From assembly GCA_050015375.1 (NCBI GenBank), contig JBEKBN010000005.1, positions 1,858-65,857 of the forward strand: a stretch of DNA of 64,000 nucleotides. The letters run 5' to 3'. The notes under the pieces are model-generated. The model saw only the letters and a program-made list of their open reading frames with translations, searched no databases and had not been told where the DNA came from. Positions 57,300 to 64,000 of the stretch are shown piece by piece. How positions within the stretch are numbered: position 1 is the first letter of the stretch; each line of letters begins with the position of its first letter. This DNA comes from Minisyncoccia bacterium (GTDB lineage Bacteria; Patescibacteriota; Minisyncoccia; 2-02-FULL-40-12; IGHO2-01-FULL-4-A). The translations under genes were made by a program, and so were the position numbers.

Positions 57300-58265
57300 C
57301 TAGATCTTGATTTCCACCACATCCCCGTCCTGGATGAGATAATCCTTGCCGACGGTGTGGATTTTGCCGTGGGTTTTGGCGGCAGACCAGGAGCTGGCGG
57401 CCAGAAGTTCGCGCCAATTGATTACATCGGCGCGGATGAATTTTTGCTCAAAATCAGTGTGAATGGCCCGGGCGGCACGGGGGATGAAGTCGCCGCGCTT
57501 CGCCGTCCAGGCTCGGGTCTCGTCTTCGCCGGTGGTCAGGAAAGTAACGAGATCCAATGTCTCATAGGATTTTTTTATCAACGAGTCAAGTCCGCTTTGA
57601 CTAATTTCCAATTCCTCCATGAATAACGCTTGCTCATCGGGCGCGGATTCCGAAAGCGTCAGTTCGAATGTTCCGCACAGAATGACGAACTCGTCTTTTC
57701 CAACCGCTCCCAATATTTTTTCATCCGGCCGCCACTTATTTTTTATCTGTTCTTCGGAAGCGTTGAAAACATAAATGATCTTTTTATCGGTCAAAAGGTC
57801 AAGTTTCGGCAGTTCCTCTTTGCCTTTCTTTTTCGCGTCTCGTTTTTCTTTTGTCTCCAGATCGGCGAGCGCCAACTCGGTATTGATAACTCCGATATCA
57901 TTGGCTGGATCTATTTTCTTATGAACATGGAGTATTTTTTCATTTTCAAAAACTCGGACGACTTCGGCAATGGCATCCACTTCGCGGATGTTGGCCAGAA
58001 ATTTATTACCTAGACCTTCGCCTTGAGCCGCGCCTTTGACCAGGCCGGCAATGTCAATGAATTCTATCGCCGTCGGAATTATCTTCGCCGAATGAGACAT
58101 CTTGGCCAATAAATCCAACCGTTCGTCTGGGACGGCAACAACGCCCACATTCGGATCAATGGTTGTGAAAGGATAGTTCTGGATATCAACTTGTTTTTTC
58201 GTCAGGGCCTTGAAAAGCGTTGACTTTCCCACATTTGGTAGGCCCACGATGCCGATAGAGAGCAT
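57300..58265 (-). CDS. ychF: Ribosome-binding ATPase YchF (Obg family)
   Basis: [19 protein letters not shown] plus C-terminal TGS domain. Confidence 0.9.
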   Translation of the reverse strand: MLSIGIVGLPNVGKSTLFKALTKKQVDIQNYPFTTIDPNVGVVAVPDERLDLLAKMSHSAKIIPTAIEFIDIAGLVKGAAQGEGLGNKFLANIREVDAIAEVVRVFENEKILHVHKKIDPANDIGVINTELALADLETKEKRDAKKKGKEELPKLDLLTDKKIIYVFNASEEQIKNKWRPDEKILGAVGKDEFVILCGTFELTLSESAPDEQALFMEELEISQSGLDSLIKKSYETLDLVTFLTTGEDETRAWTAKRGDFIPRAARAIHTDFEQKFIRADVINWRELLAASSWSAAKTHGKIHTVGKDYLIQDGDVVEIKI

Positions 58266-58317
58266 GTTTATAAGTGGTTATTGATTATGTTTTCAATGGA
58301 TGATATCATGAAAATAT

Positions 58318-58645
58318 GAGTGGCGTGGGTGTTAACCTGTGCCATTCCGGAGTAGGTAGTACCTTTTCTTGAGTGGACAGTTCTGACGGCGAAAGGTAGG
58401 GTAGCTTATGAATGTACGCACTTTGCTAAACACTCTATTTCACAGTGGTTTAGCTTCGAATACGGTGGAGACGATCGCCTAAGCATATAACGAGCGGCCT
58501 CGAGCCCTTTAGGTGATTTGCTCTCATTGTCCGCACGCCGGCCCTTCAATATTCGGTGTGCGGCCCGCTATCATTTGTTCTTTTTTACAAGTTTTTCACG
58601 GTTCGATCCCGTAGCCCGGCATACCATAGCCGGGCTTCCTTTTTA
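58318..58645 (+). ncRNA. Tandem structured element 1 (about 330 nt) with its own terminator and a 24-codon mini-ORF (58408..58482)
   Basis: Conserved boxes agtggcgt, ccggagtagg, hairpin tccgcacgccggcc..caatattcggtgtgcggcccgc, terminator gcccggc-ataccatag-ccgggc plus T5. Confidence 0.35.
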
Positions 58646-58723
58646 ATCATATCTTCTTTTGCCGGAGAGCATATTTATAACTGGTTATTGCTCTGATTCA
58701 TATAGTTTGATATTATTGAAATG

Positions 58724-58987
58724 CAGTGGCGTTAGTGTTAGATTGACGCCGTTGCGGAGTAGGCGTTACCCGCGAGAACTGGGAGAAAAAAGGGAGAATT
58801 GCCTATGAATGCGTTTAACAGCTTTACGGTGGAGTTCATCGCCTAGGATCGCTATCCAGTAAGGATGATGAAATTTCCAAGTCCGCACGCCGGCCTACAA
58901 TATTCGGTGTGCGGCCCGCCATCATCGCTCTTTCATATATTTTCTTTCTTATTAAGGCCGAGACCAGTTCTCGGCTTTGCCTTTTTT
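58724..58987 (+). ncRNA. Tandem structured element 2, paralog of 58318..58645, with a 13-codon mini-ORF (58805..58846) and terminator
   Basis: Same conserved boxes; terminator gccgaga-ccagt-tctcggc plus T6. Confidence 0.35.
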
Positions 58988-59016
58988 ATAATCTCATATT
59001 CTGATAAAATATCAAT

Positions 59017-60405
59017 ATGATATACAACTCGGAAATTTTCAGGGCATACGATATCAGGGGAATTTATGACAGGGATTTTGATGATGAATTCGCGGTCGCA
59101 TTGGGCAAGGCGGCGGTAGAATATTTCAAAGCCGGGAAAATTCTGGTTGGCCATGATAGCCGGGCATCATCGCTGGCTTTGGCCGGAAAATTATCCGAAA
59201 GTTTAACCGGTTTTGGCTGTGATGTGGCGAGTATCGGTCTGGTCACCACGCCGTTTTTCAATTTTGTCCTTTCCAGCATTAAGCCCGACGCCGGCATCAT
59301 GGTTACCGCTTCGCACAACCCGACCGAATACGGCGGTTTCAAGATCTACGACGGTTCGGGAACAATAATTGGCCTGACAGCGGGGCTTGGCGAGATAAAA
59401 AAGATAATTGATCCCGTTAGAGACCTCGCCCGCGCTGGCGCGCCCGGAGGGCCTATGGGGCGGGCTGTCTCTAACGGGGTTGATTCCGGAAATTTTAAAA
59501 CCGCCGACAAAAAGGGCGAATATTTAAAAGTTCCCGTGGCAGAACTCCTGCAAAAATACACAAACCGTATCGTTACCGGTTCAAAGTTGAGGAAAGGTGA
59601 GCTCAGCAATCTCAAATTTAATATCACCGGCCGGAAAAGTGTTATGGCCGAAGTCGAGTTGATACTGAAGAAATTGGATTTGCGATTGACACCCAACGGC
59701 TTTGACATCGCTTTTTCTTTTGACGAGGATTCGGACCGTTTGATAGTCATGGATTCCGCCGGCAACAAGATAGGCACCGATTTCGTCGTCGGTTTGTTGG
59801 CGAAAAATTCGGTCAGGTTCTTGTCAAAACCGAAAGTCGTCTACGATGTCCATTTTTCCAAAGGCGTCATCGGCAAATTCAAAGAGTGGGGGATAAAGTC
59901 ATACAGATCAAAAGTCGGCCGGTTCTATCTTCGCGATGCCATGGTAAAACACCGCGCCGATATCGGCGGCGAGATCTCCGGCCATATCTATTTCAAAGAA
60001 AATAACCGCAATGAATTGCCGCTTCTGGCTTTGTTGCGGCTTTTGAGAATTTTAGCCGCCAGTAAAATGAGCATCAACGAAATGATTAAGCCATTCCAGA
60101 CATGGTTCAGTTCCGGCCGGCTGGATTTCAGGGTCAACAATCTGCAGACCGCCAGAGAATTAATAAAAAAAATCGCGGGCAAATATCCCGACGGCCAAAA
60201 GGACGAATTAGACGGCATTACCATCGAATACACCGACCCGGAAAAAATAGACAACCTGACGCCGGACAAATTTTGGTGGTTCAATCTCCGTGCTTCCAAC
60301 ACCGAACCGGTTCTCCGTCTCATCGTTGAGGCGAAAAACGCCGACTTATTGAAAGAAAAGGTCGGCGAGATCTCGCAAATTATTGAAGAAAAAAATGCCG
60401 CGTAG
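59017..60405 (+). CDS. Phosphomannomutase/phosphoglucomutase (alpha-D-phosphohexomutase)
   Basis: Active-site TASHNPTEYGGFK. Confidence 0.85.
   Translation: MIYNSEIFRAYDIRGIYDRDFDDEFAVALGKAAVEYFKAGKILVGHDSRASSLALAGKLSESLTGFGCDVASIGLVTTPFFNFVLSSIKPDAGIMVTASHNPTEYGGFKIYDGSGTIIGLTAGLGEIKKIIDPVRDLARAGAPGGPMGRAVSNGVDSGNFKTADKKGEYLKVPVAELLQKYTNRIVTGSKLRKGELSNLKFNITGRKSVMAEVELILKKLDLRLTPNGFDIAFSFDEDSDRLIVMDSAGNKIGTDFVVGLLAKNSVRFLSKPKVVYDVHFSKGVIGKFKEWGIKSYRSKVGRFYLRDAMVKHRADIGGEISGHIYFKENNRNELPLLALLRLLRILAASKMSINEMIKPFQTWFSSGRLDFRVNNLQTARELIKKIAGKYPDGQKDELDGITIEYTDPEKIDNLTPDKFWWFNLRASNTEPVLRLIVEAKNADLLKEKVGEISQIIEEKNAA
59413..59479. mobile_element. MITE-like element (CCCGTTAGAGAC termini), in-frame in the phosphohexomutase gene, TSD TTGAT
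   Basis: cccgttagagacc...gtctctaacgggg flanked by ttgat on both sides. Confidence 0.7.
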
Positions 60406-60618
60406 ATCACACGGCACGAGGGAGTTCAATTCCCCAATCATGAGCTATTTTATCTAATATGATTCTATCGTCAGGATCGGGATGTTCAAAATGTTTGAGA
60501 ATTGATTCCTCATCGTCAACTTCATCGAACAGAAAGCAAGATTCGTCGAAAATGAACGAAAAGAGAAACGCAATAACTCCACCACCCAAAAAAATTTTAA
60601 GAAAGAGCATAGTCCCTC

Positions 60619-61596
60619 CTACAGCCCCATTTTGGCCTTAATTTCAGCCATATTTGAAGTAGCTATTTCCTTGGCCTTATTTTCACTCTTGGTGAGGATT
60701 TTGTCAACTTCAGGCAAGTCATCTTCAAATTTTTTCCGTCTTTTCTGAAACGGTGTCAAAAAATCGACTACCATTTCCGCCAGGTCATTTTTGAAATCAA
60801 CATATGTTTTTCCGGCGAACTCATCCTCAAGTTTTTTCACGGGCTTTCCAGCAAGAAGGGAATAGATGGTTAATAAATTTGAAATCGCCGGTTTTTTCTC
60901 TTCATCGAAAATTATTTCTTTCCCCGAATCAGTTACGGCTTTTTTTATTTTGGCGCGGATGACATCGGGCTCATCGGTCAGAGCAATGCCTTCATCATTG
61001 GTTTTTGACATTTTCTTTGTCGGTTCCTGAAGCGACATGATCCTGGCGCCGGTATTGACATGGGCTTTCACATTCGGAAATACATCGCCGAACATTGAGT
61101 TGAATTTATGGCCAATTTCGTTTGTTAGATCAATGTGAGGCAGTTGGTCTTCACCAACCGGTACCATATTCGATTTATAGATTAAAATATCTGCCGCCAT
61201 CAAAACCGGATAATCAAGCAAACCCATGTGATTATATTTTCCCGCTTGCTCAAGTTTTTCCCGATAAGTTGGCAATCTGTCCAGCCAGCTGACTGGTGTG
61301 ATTGTATTGAAAAGCCAAGCAAGCTCGGTGTGCTCGGGGATTTTTGACTGGCGGATGAGAAGCGATTTCTCCGGATTGATTCCGGCGGCTAGATAATCTA
61401 AAACCACATCCATGACTTGCTGATGGTATGTTTTTGGGTCGTAAGGCGTGGTAATGCCATGCAAATCAACCACGCCATAAATCGCCCGTTCGGTCTCTGG
61501 GTCGTCCTGCAATGCTATCCAGTTCTTTATCGCCCCCAAATAATTGCCCAGATGCAATTTCCCCGACGGCCGGATGCCACTGAATATGCGGTTCAT
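60619..61596 (-). CDS. trpS: Tryptophan--tRNA ligase
   Basis: SGIRPSGKLHLGNYLG (HIGH-type) and KMSKT. Confidence 0.9.
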   Translation of the reverse strand: MNRIFSGIRPSGKLHLGNYLGAIKNWIALQDDPETERAIYGVVDLHGITTPYDPKTYHQQVMDVVLDYLAAGINPEKSLLIRQSKIPEHTELAWLFNTITPVSWLDRLPTYREKLEQAGKYNHMGLLDYPVLMAADILIYKSNMVPVGEDQLPHIDLTNEIGHKFNSMFGDVFPNVKAHVNTGARIMSLQEPTKKMSKTNDEGIALTDEPDVIRAKIKKAVTDSGKEIIFDEEKKPAISNLLTIYSLLAGKPVKKLEDEFAGKTYVDFKNDLAEMVVDFLTPFQKRRKKFEDDLPEVDKILTKSENKAKEIATSNMAEIKAKMGL

Positions 61597-61685
61597 ATAT
61601 CAAGAATACAATAATTTGTTCAAAATATAAACTATTGACAAGTAATTGCTAATGATATACTATTCTCTGAAAGGAGAGATAACCC

Positions 61686-62102
61686 ATGAGAACCTTAAAA
61701 ACAGTCGTGTTTTTAGTGGTTTTGCTTTTAACTTTTTCGGCGTGTTCCGGGTCGGTCAGTGTTTCAAGCGTTCCATCTGACAAAGACCAGGAAGTCGAAA
61801 AAACGGTAGGGGAATTTGTCGCATACGGCTATGTCCGGTCGGTTTGGACGCTGGACCACAAGATAGGTAGTATCACGAATTATCGGCACATGGTTGTTGC
61901 ATTCGAAGGCGACGACCACCGATTATTTCAAATTACATTTTTTTCACTGGAGCCAGTTCTTTGGCAAGGTTTGCATGCCAAAATCAGATACAAATTATCC
62001 GGAAAAAACGAGCCGAACGCTTATGTTTCTAATAAAGTGGGATATTGCGTATCCTATGGAACCGATCTTTATGACTTGATTTCAGTAGAGCGAATCCGTT
62101 AA
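61686..62102 (+). CDS. Putative lipoprotein
   Basis: Signal peptide with lipobox LTFSAC. Confidence 0.45.
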   Translation: MRTLKTVVFLVVLLLTFSACSGSVSVSSVPSDKDQEVEKTVGEFVAYGYVRSVWTLDHKIGSITNYRHMVVAFEGDDHRLFQITFFSLEPVLWQGLHAKIRYKLSGKNEPNAYVSNKVGYCVSYGTDLYDLISVERIR

Positions 62103-62207
62103 TATCTCATCCATTTTTCACCGAGTTTGCACCGAGGCGCCCCCCGCGCCTCTTTTTTTTGCAAATATTTTGCGGTCGTGATATCCTTTTGATGACAAAA
62201 TTGTTCT

Positions 62208-62567
62208 TTGGAGGTGAATATGGCAGGGGAGAGGTATTGCACGTATGACGGCGGAGAGCTTCTATTTCGCCAATTTCTCGGTAGTATTCGCGTATTTATT
62301 TGCAGAAAATGTAGGCAGGTTTTTTTTGCGGAAACAGCAGAACATAGAGCAAAAATGGGCGTGGCCGATTCGAGCGAATGCGAGAAAGCCAAACGGGAAA
62401 AGCTGGAAAAAGATTTGGAGCAATCAATCGGAAAAACCCAGACCATGGCTCGGGAACACGAACTTTTAAAAAAACGGGTTAACGAATTGGAAGAAAAGTT
62501 GGGCGACGAAGATTTCAGAAGAATGGGTGGAGTGTCTTTTCCTCCCCCTGAAAATCAAGGTACCTAA
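62208..62567 (+). CDS. Hypothetical zinc-ribbon / coiled-coil protein
   Basis: CTYDGG...CRKCRQ; likely start MAGERY at 62220. Confidence 0.4.
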   Translation: MEVNMAGERYCTYDGGELLFRQFLGSIRVFICRKCRQVFFAETAEHRAKMGVADSSECEKAKREKLEKDLEQSIGKTQTMAREHELLKKRVNELEEKLGDEDFRRMGGVSFPPPENQGT

Positions 62568-62591
62568 CAAGACAATTATCGCAAACATCAC

Positions 62592-62614
62592 GAGGCGGAA
62601 ACGCCTCTTTTTTA
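62592..62614 (+). terminator. Rho-independent terminator
   Basis: gaggcg-gaaa-cgcctc plus tttttt. Confidence 0.7.
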
Positions 62615-62650
62615 ATACTACGAAATTACGAATTAGTACGAATATACGAA
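62614..62650. repeat. Solo copy of the GxxExxY-cassette terminal repeat
   Basis: aatactacgaaattacgaattagtacgaatatacgaatcc, compared with 37873..37910. Confidence 0.75.
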
Positions 62651-62681
62651 TCCCTGAGCGAGCCCCTCAATCCATGCGAGT

Positions 62682-62862
62682 CCCGGTCTCTCTGGGCACG
62701 CTCAAAAGAGTGGATTGCACGGTTTGCGAGCAGTATAATGTCGGCGTGAGCCACTGCGAGCAAAATCCACGCTTTTAAGTGAACGGTAAAACTCGCTGGG
62801 TTTTGGAGTGGTGACCAGAGAGACCGGGACGAGCCCAGGTTGAGGATTAAGGGCTCGCGCTA
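62682..62862 (-). ncRNA. Structured repeat element copy B, beginning at the RNase J stop codon
   Basis: Outer stem cccggtctctctgg / ccagagagaccggg. Core is the reverse complement of copy A (56414..56563). Shares the stop-adjacent motif cgcgagcc..acctgggctc with the ychF 3' end. Confidence 0.4.
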
Positions 62863-64000
62863 GACTTCAATGACCACCGGCAGAACCATCGGACGCCGTT
62901 CTGTCTTTTGGAACAGGAACAGTCCGATTTCGTCGCGGAGAATGTCTTTCAGGTCAACCCAGTTTATCGGATGGGTGGCTTTTTTCTCGACGATGAATTT
63001 AATTTTCTTGCGGACCGTAGCCAGAAGTTCCTTGTTCTCTTTCAAATAAACGAACCCGCGGGAAATGATATCCGGACTGCCGCGGACCTTGCCGGTTTTG
63101 CCATCAATGAGCGTGATAAGAACGAACATGCCATCTTCAGCCAAAACTTGCCGGTCGCGCAAAACCACATTGCCGATATCGCCAATGCCAAGGCCGTCAA
63201 CCATGATATTATCCGACGGCGCGGTTCTTTTGTCGAAAAACCAACTTCCCGAATTCCGGACCTCCGGTTTCGGATCGTCAATGTGGATTATCGAACCGTT
63301 GTCGGCGATTATCATGCTTGAATCGGGCATGCCTTCTTTGAGCCCCAGATAACTGTGGTTGACCATCATTGAGTAGTAGCCGTGGATCGGCATCAAAAAT
63401 TTCGGCCGTATCAAGGTAATTATTTTCCGCAAGTCCTCCTGCTGGGCGTGGCCCGACGCGTGAATATCCATCAAACCCGAGTGGTAGACCTTCGCACCCA
63501 TCCGATAGAGTAAATCCTTCAGCCGCTGGACGGTTCTTTCGTTGCCGGGAATGACCGATGACGAGAACACGACCGAATCGGTTTTTTTCAATCGGATATA
63601 TTTGTGTTCACCCGATGCGATGCGCATCAGAACGGCCCGGTCTTCGCCTTGGGCGCCGGTGCCGATGACGGTCACATTCTGGTCGGGATAATTGTCTATC
63701 TGGTCAATGGGTATTTGAGTATTTTTTGAAATGTGTAATTGTCCGGATTCTTTGGCGAATTCAACATTACTTTTCAAACTGAATCCGTCAAATGCCACTT
63801 TGCGGTTATATTTTTCCGACAAAGTGATAAGTTGTTGGACGCGGTTCAAAAGGGAAGAGAAGGTAGCGGTGATGATCCGGCCTTTGGCTTCTTTGAAAAT
63901 TATTTCCAAATTATCTTGGATCAACCTTTCGGAAATGGTTGAGCCCTCTTTTTCGGCGCCGGTCGAATCCGACATCAAGACGCTGACGCCGCGATCGCCG
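62860..64000 (-). CDS. rnj: Ribonuclease J, 5' end beyond the window
   Basis: Beta-CASP and C-terminal region, HASGHAQQEDLRKI...PKFLMPIHG. Frame stays open past 63978 to the window edge. Confidence 0.85.
   Translation of the reverse strand, partial: GDRGVSVLMSDSTGAEKEGSTISERLIQDNLEIIFKEAKGRIITATFSSLLNRVQQLITLSEKYNRKVAFDGFSLKSNVEFAKESGQLHISKNTQIPIDQIDNYPDQNVTVIGTGAQGEDRAVLMRIASGEHKYIRLKKTDSVVFSSSVIPGNERTVQRLKDLLYRMGAKVYHSGLMDIHASGHAQQEDLRKIITLIRPKFLMPIHGYYSMMVNHSYLGLKEGMPDSSMIIADNGSIIHIDDPKPEVRNSGSWFFDKRTAPSDNIMVDGLGIGDIGNVVLRDRQVLAEDGMFVLITLIDGKTGKVRGSPDIISRGFVYLKENKELLATVRKKIKFIVEKKATHPINWVDLKDILRDEIGLFLFQKTERRPMVLPVVIEV

Noticed and set aside
1-64000. CRISPR array
   Set aside because: The palindromic repeats found are irregularly spaced, of different families, and often inside genes. 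No regularly interspaced array and no cas genes are present.
1-64000. rRNA genes
   Set aside because: No 16S/23S/5S signature stretches were seen. The tRNA genes are not in an rRNA operon context.

Overview
The window is about 50% GC with AT-rich islands and dense, mostly short genes. It looks like a small-genome, probably CPR/Patescibacteria-like bacterium; that assignment is inference from gene content only.

Features, in order:
- 1-1100: the 3' end of rbfA, then tRNA-Cys(GCA), tRNA-Leu(TAA) and tRNA-Ser(CGA).
- 1.3-14.2 kb: a response regulator, then a large type IV pilus / competence locus. It holds comF (minus strand), pilM, pilN-like, pilO-like, pilB, pilT, pilC, a major pilin, prepilin peptidase pilD, and four overlapping minor-pilin / PilX-like genes.
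- 14.8-15.9 kb: a low-GC AbiEii-like nucleotidyltransferase module bounded by 48-bp direct repeats.
- 15.9-22.3 kb: a RiPP-like locus described below.
- 22.4-26.0 kb: a 1179-aa surface protein.
- 26-36 kb: ligA, a PaaX-like gene bracketed by 34-bp palindromes, gatC/gatA, a split comEC, ndk, a Nudix gene, a GIY-YIG gene, tRNA-Pro(GGG, minus strand), rpmB and a site-2-protease family gene.
- 37-40 kb: rpsL-rpsG-[inserted GxxExxY cassette]-fusA.
- 40-46 kb: three hypotheticals, a PKD/Fn3 surface protein that is a paralog of the big one, another hypothetical, and an RRM RNA-binding protein.
- 46-53 kb: glutaredoxin, Fe/Mn superoxide dismutase, a GT39 glycosyltransferase, trxB, tandem rpiB copies, a 2-hydroxyacid dehydrogenase, rpe and a PfkB kinase.
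- 54-64 kb: fba, ychF, a phosphohexomutase, trpS, and a 5'-truncated RNase J at the window edge.

The candidate previously undescribed system is a duplicated RiPP-like module at 15.9-22.3 kb. It appears twice: a Cys/Asp-rich precursor peptide with its own terminator, a radical-SAM/SPASM maturase, and a low-GC HExxH metalloprotein.

The second notable signal is a family of 66-118-bp palindromic MITEs with CCCGTTAGA(A/G) termini and 5-6-bp target duplications. They sit in-frame inside coding sequences, including the cleaved leader peptides of two pilins, and exactly at start codons. Several further repeat and structured-RNA candidate families are described in the findings.

No rRNA genes and no CRISPR array were seen.
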